Source: Mantamonas sphyraenae STR306
Taxonomy: Eukaryota; Protista; CRuMs
Direction of reading: 5' to 3'
Assembly: GCA_026936335.1 (NCBI GenBank)
Contig: JAPMXV010000003.1
Coordinates: 62,001-126,000, forward strand
DNA length: 64,000 nt
Of the stretch, positions 1 to 11,200 are shown in pieces. Numbering within the stretch: position 1 is the first letter of the stretch; each line of letters starts with the position of its first letter. Made by a program: the position numbers and the translations under genes. The notes under the pieces are model-generated. The model had not been told where the DNA came from. It ran no database searches and saw only the letters and a program-made list of their open reading frames with translations.

Positions 1-351
1 ATCCAGCAACTGCACAAGCGCCACCACATCATGGACGAGCCCAAGCTGTTTTACTACAAGCTGCCCGACCAGATCACCGACGGCAGGCACAAGGTCATCC
101 TCATGGACCCTACGCTGGGCTCAGGCGCTGCGGCCATCATGGCTGTCCGTGTCCTCCTCGACCACGGCGTCAGCGAGGACCACATTGTGTTTGCAACCTT
201 GGTTGCATCTGCACAGGGTGTCCAAGCCCTTTCCTACGTGTATCCAGGTCTCACCATCGTCGCTGCCGAGGTCGATCCGGAGCTCAACGAAAAGTGCTGG
301 ATCTGCCCGGGTATGGGCAACGTAGGCAACCGCTACTGGGGTACAGAGTAG
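1..351 (+). CDS. 3' end of a uridine kinase-like protein with C-terminal UPRT-like domain (UCKL1-like); truncated by the window start
   Basis: PRTase-type motif VILMDPTLGSGAAAIMAVRVLLDH and terminal PGMGNVGNRYWGT resemble the UCKL1/UPRT C-terminus. Confidence 0.8.
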   Translation: MQQLHKRHHIMDEPKLFYYKLPDQITDGRHKVILMDPTLGSGAAAIMAVRVLLDHGVSEDHIVFATLVASAQGVQALSYVYPGLTIVAAEVDPELNEKCWICPGMGNVGNRYWGTE

Positions 352-406
352 TTGGACATCCAAAGAAACAAATCATGGTTGCATTCGTGACAGACTCTCT
401 CTCACA

Positions 407-3400
407 TCACACTTTGACCTTGCGCTGTCCGGAGAACAGCATGCGTACGAGATGCTCCCACAGCCATGCTGCAACGCTGCTGCCAACCAGAACCGCCAGT
501 ACAGTCATGCGGAACGTGTTGTCTGGGTACGCTTCCAGCTCCAGCATTTCGTTCAGCGGGCCGATGATGTCTGCGGCGAGCACCAGCGTCACCGCAGACG
601 CGAAAGCAAGGCCACCCATCAGCTTCTTGTTGCTGCTGATGCTTTCCATGTACGGCTCGCCACGGTAGTTGTTGATGAACGTGGACACCTGCATCACCGT
701 GAGCACCAGGTACACCACAGTGCTCACGATGTTGGGTTTGAAGTCGGCCTCGAGGTCGATCACCCAATCGGCTGGCATGTGCACAGAGGCCATCTGCACA
801 AGGTAGATGAGCGAGCCCAGGTACAATGCAAACTGGCCAATGACAGAAAGAACAAAGTACAGACAAAAGATCGACGGATCCGGCCTTTGTGTGTCCAGGG
901 ATCGTACCGGTTTGCTTTGGGACATAAAGAGGAAGCACACACTGATGACCATGGCTTGGAAGGTCATCTGCGTGTCCCCCAGCTTGACGCCGTCCAGGTG
1001 CAGCACACTCATGCCGTACGCCTGGACCAGGCAGTTCAGCGCAAGGATCTTGTACATCTGAAAGGTCGTCACAAGTGTGCAGCGCCCCTGCTGGATCACC
1101 TTGACCACACTAAACGCCTGCATGCGCTTCGACGTAAATGGCGCAGCAATGGACGCATCGCCCAGCTTCACCAGCGGCACCTCCTCGTCCGTCTTTTCCA
1201 GCTCTCGCAGCATCTCGTCCAAACGTTCCTGCGGCGTCATCTTGGATGGATCCTTGGGCGCAGGCGCGTTTGCAGATTCTCCGTCCGCAGAGGTTGATTC
1301 GCTGGCCCCCGAAGCGCGTGCGCGCAGTTTCTTCTTGCTGATCTTCTTTGGGGCCGAGGATGCGGCTGGGCGTTTGCTCGTTCCTGTGCTGTTGCTCCCG
1401 TGTGTGGAAACAGACCCAGAAGTGGAGGAGGACGAGGACGAGGAAGAGATTTCGTCAGAATCGTTGTTTGTGGGTGCCTCGCCGAGCAGGGCCACGCCGA
1501 CGTGGGCCTGTTTGAGAGCGCCCACGTCGTTTGTTCCGTCGCCACACATGAGTGCGTAGTAGCCGTTGGTCTTTAGAGCGTTGAGAACAAGCTCCTTCTG
1601 GTCGGGAGAGACACGTGCAAACACTTTCACCTTGGACACCCAGTACGCAAAGGCCTTTGTGTGCTTGAGGATGTCGAGGGTAGCACCAGTGACGCACACG
1701 TCGCACTCTGCAAACAAGGCGTCGTCTCCGTGCTGCGGATCAAATGGAGTGGACTGCAGCTCGTCAATGCTCAGCCACACGAGGGATTCAGGCGAGGCAG
1801 CGTCGGATACACCGTCGCTGTCGCTGTCATCGTTTTCGGAGCTCGTGAGGATGCGCACGGGCTTGCGCACGATGCCCAGCTCGGCACTGACCTTGCAGGC
1901 AGTGAGTGCGTTGTCGCCTGTGATCATGACGACTTCGTGCGATGCTTCCTGCAGTTGGCGCACGGTTTCGAAGCTGTCCTTCTTGATGGGGCAGTCAAAG
2001 AGAAGGAAACCTGCAAAGGTGAGGTCAATTTCGACCTGGTCACGCTTGAGGTTGCGCAGAGCATCGGGTTTGTCGTTGTGGATCTGCTTGTAGGCAATGG
2101 CGAGGACTCGGAAGCCCTGGCTTGCAAAGAGAGTGTAGGTCTGGCGGTACTTGGGGGGCATGTGAGTCAGACGCTCACCAATGACCTCGGGTGCTCCCTT
2201 TACCAGAGCATAGGTGCCCGAGTTGACGCCGGCAAGGCCGTCGATACGGCTGATGGTGCTCATGCGCTTGAGGGCGGGCTGGAACACGAAGCGGTGCAGA
2301 ATGCTGACTGTGCCAGCGTTGGGTCCCGAGGCCATGTTCTTTTGGTATTTCCACTTGATTCCGTCGAGGGCGGCGAGCTCGAGCGGGTCGCCGCTGAGCT
2401 GGCCGTCCAGGTGGATGAGCGACTGGCAACCTCCAATCAGGGCCTGGACGTGTGCAGGCAGGTTGTTGGGTGGCGTAATGCCCATGGATGAGCTGTCGCC
2501 GACTGAAGTAGAGGAAGCGCTGTTGCTGCTTGTGTTCCCGTCGAGACTCAGACCTGCGACACCACGCAAGATGAGGTCATCGCTGGTGAGGGTGCCTGTC
2601 TTGTCAAAACAGAGGATGTCGAGCTTGCCTGCAAAGGGGATGCGAAAGGGCTGGGTGCAGTAGATGCCGAGTTGGTGGAGGGCGATTAGGGAGTTGTTCA
2701 CCGCGAGGGACAGCTCCATGGGCAACTCGGGCGGGATGACGGCGGTGATGGTGGTCACACAGTGGAGAATGAGCTTGAAACGGGACTGAGTGGGGTCCTG
2801 GAGGCCCTTGTAGAGCACGTAGCCCGAGGCGGCTGTGGCAAAGACAAGGAGTGAGGCGAGGAAGCCTGTGGTCTGCGAGTTGTTCGCGGCGGATGTGTCT
2901 GTGGAAAACAGAATGGTGCGCATGAGCTCGCCCTTGCTGGTGCCGATGCCTGTGCGCAGCACGATGCCCACGACGCCTCCGTCCTTGGGTTTGGCGATCT
3001 TTTGGGCAGGGCGGTCTTGGTTGGTGAGGAGGATGCGTGTGCCGCCGTACAGCATGTGATGCTTGTCCTTTTTGGCCATATCGAGGAAATCGGTAGCCTC
3101 ACGTTCAGCGCAGCCTTCTTTGAGCTGGGGCACGGACTCTCCGGTAAGCATGGCCTCGTTGACGACACATGTGCCTGCGAGGAGCAGGATGTCTGCAGGG
3201 CATACGACATCGTCACTCTTGGAGTTGGTGACGGACACGACGTCGCCCACAAGGAGCTCGGACGAGTCGACGGTGATCCACGAGTTCTCGCGGAAGACCA
3301 TGATCGGATAGGTGTCAGGAATCATGGAACGCATCTCGCCGAGATGCTTCATGCGCTGTGGGCGAAGCGGGCAATGGCGTGCACATTCGAGTGAGCGGGG

Positions 3401-4321
3401 AGGTGAGGGTGTGAATGAGCGGAATCGAGGAGAGCGGTGTGTGTGAGGAAGTGTGTGTGTGTGTGGGGAAGGGGGTGGTTGACGTACGGCCTTGACCATG
3501 ATGCTTTCAAAGCCGACGAGCATGGCGAGGGTGAAGAGGTTCATCATGATGTAGCCGTCGAGGCACCAAAGAAGGATGCAGAAAACCTGAAACACAAAGA
3601 AGGGTTTGACGAGTTCCTGCATGAGGAGGGCGCGAAACTCGGGTTCGGGAAACTCGACGCGATTTGCGCCAAAGGTCCGGCGAGCGTCATCGAGAGCCTG
3701 CGGGGAGTCGAGGCCATGCATGGTGTTGTAAGAGCCAAAAGTGAGGTCGACGGGGTAGTGGGGACGGTCAAAGTGGTCTGTGGCGGGATCGTGGACAAAG
3801 GTCATGCGTTGAAAGGTAAAGAAGAGCCGATCGGGCTGCTTCTGGAGGCGGACGATGTCGCTGTCACCCTGGTACTTGTTGGTGAGGACGACCATGTGCG
3901 TGGCGAGGTGGACATCACGCACGGTGGCATAACGATTGAAGGCACGGAAGGAGACGGACCAGAACTCGAGCAGAAAGGACAGCGCATGCGCAAAGCCCAC
4001 GAGAGTGAGCAAGATGGCGTAGAGATCCTCTGCAGGGATGCCATCGGCATTGGGTTGGGTATGTCCAGGCGGTGTGGCGGCGTCGGGGTCGGTAGGGGTG
4101 TTTTCGGCAACGTTGTCCGGGAGCGGAGTGGGCGACGTGGCAGCACCTTGCTGCTCAGCGGCGGCCTCGGCGGCAAGCTCGCTCCAATCGACGCTGGAGA
4201 CGTAGGCCGAGACGAGGACAATGTAGAGGATGGCAAAGGGGATAACGTTTGCACGGCGCCACTTGGGCACGCGCACAACCGGCGTGAGGGAACGCACGAC
4301 AGGGCTGGAACTGGTTGTCAT
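407..4321 (-). CDS. ATP13A1: P5A-type ATPase (ATP13A1/Spf1, ER transmembrane-helix dislocase); one in-frame intron 3356-3487
   Basis: PFFVFQVFC, PPELP, DKTGTLT, GDGTND, LGDASIAAPFTSK and QGRCTLVTT motifs. A 132-nt GTACGT...CACAG intron removes a low-complexity insert (KA|RMKHL). Confidence 0.95.
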   Translation of the reverse strand: MTTSSSPVVRSLTPVVRVPKWRRANVIPFAILYIVLVSAYVSSVDWSELAAEAAAEQQGAATSPTPLPDNVAENTPTDPDAATPPGHTQPNADGIPAEDLYAILLTLVGFAHALSFLLEFWSVSFRAFNRYATVRDVHLATHMVVLTNKYQGDSDIVRLQKQPDRLFFTFQRMTFVHDPATDHFDRPHYPVDLTFGSYNTMHGLDSPQALDDARRTFGANRVEFPEPEFRALLMQELVKPFFVFQVFCILLWCLDGYIMMNLFTLAMLVGFESIMVKAVRQPPPSPHTHTLPHTHRSPRFRSFTPSPPRSLECARHCPLRPQRMKHLGEMRSMIPDTYPIMVFRENSWITVDSSELLVGDVVSVTNSKSDDVVCPADILLLAGTCVVNEAMLTGESVPQLKEGCAEREATDFLDMAKKDKHHMLYGGTRILLTNQDRPAQKIAKPKDGGVVGIVLRTGIGTSKGELMRTILFSTDTSAANNSQTTGFLASLLVFATAASGYVLYKGLQDPTQSRFKLILHCVTTITAVIPPELPMELSLAVNNSLIALHQLGIYCTQPFRIPFAGKLDILCFDKTGTLTSDDLILRGVAGLSLDGNTSSNSASSTSVGDSSSMGITPPNNLPAHVQALIGGCQSLIHLDGQLSGDPLELAALDGIKWKYQKNMASGPNAGTVSILHRFVFQPALKRMSTISRIDGLAGVNSGTYALVKGAPEVIGERLTHMPPKYRQTYTLFASQGFRVLAIAYKQIHNDKPDALRNLKRDQVEIDLTFAGFLLFDCPIKKDSFETVRQLQEASHEVVMITGDNALTACKVSAELGIVRKPVRILTSSENDDSDSDGVSDAASPESLVWLSIDELQSTPFDPQHGDDALFAECDVCVTGATLDILKHTKAFAYWVSKVKVFARVSPDQKELVLNALKTNGYYALMCGDGTNDVGALKQAHVGVALLGEAPTNNDSDEISSSSSSSSTSGSVSTHGSNSTGTSKRPAASSAPKKISKKKLRARASGASESTSADGESANAPAPKDPSKMTPQERLDEMLRELEKTDEEVPLVKLGDASIAAPFTSKRMQAFSVVKVIQQGRCTLVTTFQMYKILALNCLVQAYGMSVLHLDGVKLGDTQMTFQAMVISVCFLFMSQSKPVRSLDTQRPDPSIFCLYFVLSVIGQFALYLGSLIYLVQMASVHMPADWVIDLEADFKPNIVSTVVYLVLTVMQVSTFINNYRGEPYMESISSNKKLMGGLAFASAVTLVLAADIIGPLNEMLELEAYPDNTFRMTVLAVLVGSSVAAWLWEHLVRMLFSGQRKVKV

Positions 4322-4424
4322 TGTGTGGTTGGCGGCGCGGCGCGGCCCCCGCCACGCATACTGTCCTGTTTGGTTCTCGGGCGTCGACTCTCACGGTTTT
4401 CACACAGAACACAGGAACACATCA

Positions 4425-6526
4425 ATGAGCAAGCGAGCAATCGGGTTTGGCGACGACTCGGACGACGAGTCGTCGGACGACGGGCTGGTGGAGACCAAGA
4501 GGCAGCGAGTGACAAAGTCAAAGGAGGAGGAGGAAGAGGACGGGCAGAGCAGTGCACAGGGTGAGCAGGAGGGTGAGGGCGGAGTGAACCTGGAGCGCAG
4601 ACAGGCCAAGCTGGAGAAGCGAGAGAGGAAGCGTCAGAAGCCTTTTGGCGACATCATCGAGGACGGCAAGCAGCTGTGGGAGCGCATCCGACAGAAGAAG
4701 GTGCAGGACAAGCGACGACAGGAAATGATTGACGAGCTGTTTACGATGTGTAGCGGCAACATGCTGGACGTGAGTTGATGCGGCTTGGAGGCGGGAGCGG
4801 ATTTTTGTGGGCGAGTGTGCATGCGGCGCGCGGACCGGTGGAGAGGAAGGGGGGACAGGAGAGAGGGTCGCTTGGGGCTGACACGTGATGGTGCACATGT
4901 GTGGACGACATGGGGGTTGTGTGGTTGTGTGTGCGTGAGCAGATTGTGTACAAGCGGGAGGGGTCGCGCATGATTCAGTCGTGCGTTCACTACGGATCGG
5001 ATTCACAGCGAGACAAGGTGCTGCAGGAGCTGGAGGGCAACATGGTGGAGCTGAGCAAGAACAAGTACACAATCTACCTGATCAAGAAGATGCTGAAGTA
5101 CGGAAGCAACAGACAACGCAAGGCGATTCTCGGCGAACTGAGCGGAAACGTGGGTAAACTGCTGCGCCACTCAGAAGGCTCCGCAGTGGTGGACTATGCC
5201 TACAACGACTATGCAAACGCAAAACAGAAGCGAGAGCTGGTGCGGGAGTTTTACGGGAACGAGTTTGCGCTGTTCTCGCAGCCAGACGGAACACTGGAGG
5301 ACTTGTTTGCAGAGTATCCGGAGAAGCAAGCAAGTGTGATCGGTTACATGCAGCAAAACCTGGGCAACGTGGTGGAAAAGGGCCTGCTGAAGCGAACAAT
5401 CATGCACCGAGTGTTGCAAGATTTCCTTCGGTTTGCAGACGAGAGCCAGAATGCAGAGATGCTGCAGGCTGTGAAGGAGTATTCGCTGGACATCATGCAT
5501 ACACGCGAAGGCGCACGCATCTGCAATCACGTGTTCTTCCACGCGCCGGCAAAGACACGCAAGACAATCATCAAGACGTTCAAGGGCTGCGTGGCCAGCG
5601 GGTGCAAGGGACCGAACTCGCACACGGTCTTTGCACGCATCATGGAGCTGATGGACGATACCGTACAGCTGCACAAGCTGATGCTGAAGGAGATGATCGA
5701 CGAGATGGAAACGCTTGTTCTGGACAGGTACAGCGTGAACGTGCTGCTTTCTGTGCTCTCGCCCCGCAACTCGCGGTACTTTGGGCCGAGTACACAAGAG
5801 CTGATGGAACCGCTGGCTGTGTATGATGAGGAAGGAAAGGCGGTGGAGCCGTTGCAGGCGCAGGAGAGCAGCAGCAGCAGCAGTAGCAGCAGCAGCAAGG
5901 GAAAGGGCAAGGGCAAGGGAAAGGGAAAAGAAGAAAAGGGAAAAGGCAAGGGCAAGGTGGAGTACAACACACACGAGTCACCGCACTCGAAGAAGCCGGA
6001 CGACAAGCGGCGCGAGGAGATCCTGGGCCATTTGGTGCCGGCGATGGTGGATGTGTGCACGGAAAAGGTGATTACGCTGACGCAAGACCAGGTGGGGATT
6101 GATCTTCTGGTGGAGCTGATTGTGTACGTCATGAGTACGGAGTACGAGCTGGACAAGGCCGGCAATGCGCTGGTGGATGCGGTGGTGCAACAGTGCATGG
6201 CTCGAGATTGCGCAAAGCTGTGCAGCAAACAGTTTAGCATCGGGTTGGTGAAGCGCATTGTGCAGCGACAGGGCAAGGAGGCAGACAAGGTGCAGGGTGA
6301 GGCATTTGCCGAGCGTTTGCTGGCGGCGCTGCAGGCGGACGGCGAAGATGCAATCTTGGCGCTGGTGGCAAACACCACAGGGGCTTTTGTTGTGTTGTCT
6401 CTCCTGGAGGCACCGCAGACCAGCGCGGCAGTGGGCAAGGCGCTGAAGAGCAAGGCAGCCAAGAGCGTGCTGAAGAAGAACAAGAGTGAGTCGCGGGCGG
6501 TGCAGATCATCCTTGAAAAGGAGTAA
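4425..6526 (+). CDS. PUF6: PUF6/PUM3 nucleolar pumilio-homology protein; intron 4770-4942
   Basis: Basic/acidic N-terminus, KQLWERIR, SRMIQSCVHYG, EFYGNEF and HTREGAR are typical of PUF6/PUM3. A GTGAGT...AG intron joins the two ORFs in frame. Confidence 0.88.
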
Positions 6527-6569
6527 GGCACGGAACCAAGAGCAGAAAAGGCAATGCAGTTCATTGGAT

Positions 6570-8110
6570 TCACCAAAGAGACGTAGTGAGGAAGCTGCGC
6601 TGCGTACGCGATGTGTTTCCACCGGGAGGGGTCTTGGCCTGGACCTGCTCGCTCTGCAACGATCGGGTGCGTTCCAGGGACTGCTGCTGGCGCTGTTGAA
6701 GGGCACGGCGACTGTTGCCTGCGACCTGCGATTGGGATTGTTGCGAACGTGTGCGGAAAGAGTTGTTTGCGCTTCCAGGGCTGTATGACTTGGAAGAGGA
6801 GGACGAGGCAGTGCGTGACTTTGAGCGGCTGCTTGACGACATGGACGACATACCAAACACAGGAGAGTCGTTTTCCTGTTCTGTGTACGTCTTGAGCGAG
6901 GAGGAGGACGTTCGACCGGAACGGCGACTGGTTCCCCTGGACGGACGCCAATCGAGCAGCTCATCGACATCTTGTTGGGAGTCGCAGGTGTCTGTGTTGG
7001 AGGAGGAGGAGGAGGACGAGGTTGTGGTGGTTGTAGTTGTCGTCGTATCCGCATCGTCTACCTTTGGGCCGGTGTCGACGTCAATGCTGTCGTCCACATC
7101 CCACTGGAAGGCGGAGCGAACGCTACTTTGGGTGTGGCCTGAGTGCCGTTTTCCAGTGAGGCTGGAACTGTACAAGGACGAGTCGCTTTGGCTATCTTCT
7201 GTGCCAAACAAGCCGTATGCTGATTTGGGGTCGACCTTTGCCCGAGAGCGGGAGCCATGACGGGAAATGCGCGGGCGTGATGAGTCCTGGGATGTGTTTT
7301 GCGACTTTGTGGAGCGTGACGAGGAGTCAAAGTAGCGTTGAAAGACAACAAAGTGGTTGTCTTGTGGATAGTAGTCGGCAAGATGATAGTGCTTCTCCAG
7401 AAACGCTAGAAACTTGGAGGAGGGCCGATCGTAGCCCAGCATGTGTGCTTCCTTGTCTTGGTCCTGTGCGAAGGGGGAAACAATGGATCGGCGGTCAGCG
7501 GCAGCTGCTATGCAGGGAGCGGTGGAGAGAAGTCGGTGTGGAAACGCACCGCCAACATGTGCTCAAACAGGGCCTTGCCGATGCCCTGGCGCTGATAATC
7601 TTCATGAACATAAAAGTCAAGCACACACAAGGGCTGGATCTCGTGAATGTGTGCGTGTTTGTCCTGTATGGGTGAAAAGGGGGCAAATTGAAGAGTGAGC
7701 CGCGGTTCCACCGTCCGTTTTCGCGCGCTTCGGTTTCAACGCGCACTCACCCTAATGAATAGCGATTTGACGCCCACTTTGAGCAGGCCTTGTGCAGTGC
7801 GCCCACTGGAATACAGGTACAGCCGCTGGTCCGTAGATTTGAGCTTGGCGACGGAGGTGAGGACCGCACGCAAGCCTTGTGCCTGAGAAGCGTTGCAACA
7901 AGGAAAATCGGGCGTGGTGAGCACGGACAAGTGGATGTCACAAACACACAACGGGAGAAAGGGACAACGTACACGCATGGATCGCTCCCCCATGGAATCA
8001 ATCACGTCCTCCATGATGCCTGCAGAACGAAAGTCGAGTTTGCGAAGCCAGGTGCCTGTGATCTCGGCGATGGGCTGTGCCACGACGTTGCCCAGTCCAC
8101 GCACCTCCAT
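6570..8110 (-). CDS. ATAT1: Alpha-tubulin N-acetyltransferase (ATAT1/MEC-17); introns 7883-7972, 7664-7750, 7464-7549
   Basis: Spliced product contains [62 protein letters not shown] and QDNHFVVF, followed by a Ser-rich tail. Confidence 0.93.
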
Positions 8111-8249
8111 GGCACCTTTTGTTGTTACAAGCAAGGGGGCAGGGTGTGAGCAAAGAAAAGGAGGAGTGACTGCTGCGAGGATGGAAAGACGCACACGGGG
8201 TGGGATTCGGTTGCGCGACCTGCGCAAACACATCTCTGCCAGACTAGCC

Positions 8250-11200
8250 ATGTCATCCAAGGGCACACGTCGTATTTCCAGGCATAGTGTGGGCACTGCA
8301 GCGGGATCGCGAAAGAAGAATCCGCTGCAGCCAGCACCAGGCGGGAAGACACCGCATCGGACAACAAAGACACGCAGCAGGGTGTCGGGTGACACTGGGC
8401 TGAGCGGCGATGCACAGGAGAAGGAAAATGAAGGATCAAGCAACCCGGGCATGCTCTCCATCGAAGGATCCGCAGTGCGTAAGCCGGTGGTGGGCGGCCT
8501 TCGCAAAGACAACGACAAGACGCAGCAAGACAACGACAACGAGGGATGGGACGACGATACAAGCCTTTCTCTGCCTCCACTGGTGCATGGAGACATCGAG
8601 GGCATGCTGAGCCTAAGCGTGGACCAGATTCTGTGGGCAGAACTGGACAATGCGCACAAGGAAGTGGTAGTTCGCGCCAAGTGGTGGGGCGAACCCGGCC
8701 ATGGCGTCCTATTCCAGTAGGTTTGGGTGGGAGATTGCCGAGAGAGCTCAAACGCGCATGCTGCACGTTTGCATTACAGTCCATGTGCACTGAGGAGACG
8801 TACCTGCCCTGTGTGGTTGGGTGCCACGCGTGGTTGGTTGTGCTTGGCGCGCGAAAACGGATTTTTCGCGCGCCAGAACGCTGAGCGCGCCTCTGCTGAC
8901 ACGCGACGAGCGACGACAGCCCCATCAACGCACAGAGTGTAAGCCAGGACGAACAAGAGACGCTGGCGACGGAACATAATCGCGTGCGCTATCTCATCCG
9001 CAGCAGCTACGAGCAAATGGAGCGCTATCTGCAGGATATGAAGCAGCTGGTACTGGACGTGGTTGAGAGCAACGACAGTCGCATTGTGGGGCACTGTGTG
9101 GTGGATATCCACGCTCTGTCGCCGACACATGCCATCGACAACTTTTTGGCCATCACACGGCCACTGGGCAACTCGGAGCTGCTTGTGGGCGAATTGCACG
9201 TCAGCATGAGCATGAACATGATGAAGGGCGGCCCCAAAAACACCACCACAAGCACGACGACAACTGCTCAAGCAGGCTCTGTCCAGCACGACCAAGAGAG
9301 TGGCAAGGACGCGCTGCAAGGGCTACAGGGAAAGCCAGCCACCACAGATGTGGGTTCTTCGTTTGCACGCAACGAGAAACTGTCGCAACTGGACGAGAAT
9401 TTGCCTCTGTTTCCGTCACCGTCGTCGTCCAACACGTCTGCGTCGTACCAAAGCGGCCAGTACGGAACACCGTCGCCGCGCGGCAGCAAGGACAGGACGC
9501 AGGGCAAGGACAACGGACGAAGCAAGAGCACCAGCACCAAAAACAACAATGGAGTGGCAGTTCATTCTCCGCTGGAGGAAGCAAGGAAGAAGGAGCAGGC
9601 AGGCGCAAGCGAAGTGCTTGACTCGGACGGATTGCCAAAGCGAAACGCCGCCGTGGCACGACAGGCAGAAGAGCCGCAAGTGTCCCAAGGGGAACCATCG
9701 ACGCGACGCAGCACACAGTCTCTGTCCCAAGAGTACGAGGAGCGACAGAGCAGACAGCGAGCCGAGGTGCAGGACTCGATCGACCGTTTGCTTGCGCGAG
9801 CGCAGAACCTGAACAAGGAAATGAGCACTTTTAGCAACACGGCAGCACAATTTGACGATTCGGACGAACATGTACAGCTTGGCAATGACGGTTACCCGAC
9901 GCGGGCGTCGCTGGGAGCCATCTCGCTTGTGGAACATGACGGGGTTCTGCTCACAGGGAGCGACGATCAGCTGCTGAACGAACTCTTCTTCCGCAGCGAG
10001 CGTACAAAGCTATCGCCTCCAGGCAGTGGCACGAAACACTCGGCCAAGAAAGGCAAGAAGGGCAAGCTGGCGCGCACTCACCAGCACAAGGACACTGAGG
10101 CCGAGGACGACGAGGGGATGCTCGACGAGTCGCTTCCTGTACGTGTGCAAGGTGCTGTGCCTGTACCCATGCCCAGTGACCAAAGCCAACCACCGGCACC
10201 TTCTGTTCTCGCATCGCCATACCCAAAAGACGAGGGCGGTGTGCGGCACGCTGGCAAGTCCAGGGACAAGGACAGAGAGTCCCGGAAGGGCAAGCGGGAC
10301 AAAAAGGGCAAAAGGGGCAAGAAGGAGAAGAGGAGGACCAAGGGAGCCCCTCGGGAGGACGACAAGGATGACGACGAGCTGACGGCCGTGCACTTGTATC
10401 TGCAGGTGACCGAGGCAGTGGATGTGCCGGAACCGTTCAAAGGACTGCGTAGCATGTATGTGGCTTGCAACATGCTGTCAAAAGACAGAAAGGTGACGAG
10501 TGCAGTGGTTGCCAACGACAACATGCCGCGTTTCAACTTTTTCAGCCAGGCAAAACTACGCGGGAAGCTGGACCGACTGCGAGACCAGCAACTTGTGGTG
10601 CAGCTGTGGGACACAGCAGGCGGGCCACGTGACGAGCTCGTGGGAGTTGTCGTGTTGCAGCTGACCAACATGGTCGACATGTTCTCTGGCCATGCTCGTT
10701 TGAGCTCATTGGAGCGCACGTACCCAATCATCGGCATGCACCAGGACGCGGCCATCTTTAACCCGAGTAGCCAACGTCCCGCAGGCTACCTGCGACTGCT
10801 GCTCGCAATGGGCTCGGCAAGTCAGATTGCGCGTCTGCAGGAGCACCAGCGTGCATCCGTGGTTCTTCAACGAGGCTACCGCATGCACCTGAAAAACAAA
10901 AGGCTTGGCAGCAGCAAGCGAAAGCAACGCAGGCAGCCACCCGAGTTGCGGGTGCAGCAAGCGACGAAGGAGGCTGAGGACAGGGAGTCTGTGGTGCGTG
11001 TCCCTGACGAAGACTCTGCTGAGGAGGCTCAGGACGAGGCTGTGGATGGCGATGTACCTGTGATGGAGGTGCAGGTGCTCCACTGCGACCGCCTGGTCGA
11101 TACTGACAGCACTTGGGACTGGGGCAGCAGCAGCAGCAGCAGCAGCAGTGGCACGCCGCGATCGGGCACGTTTGGCACGTGTGCGTCGTTCAGTGTGCCA

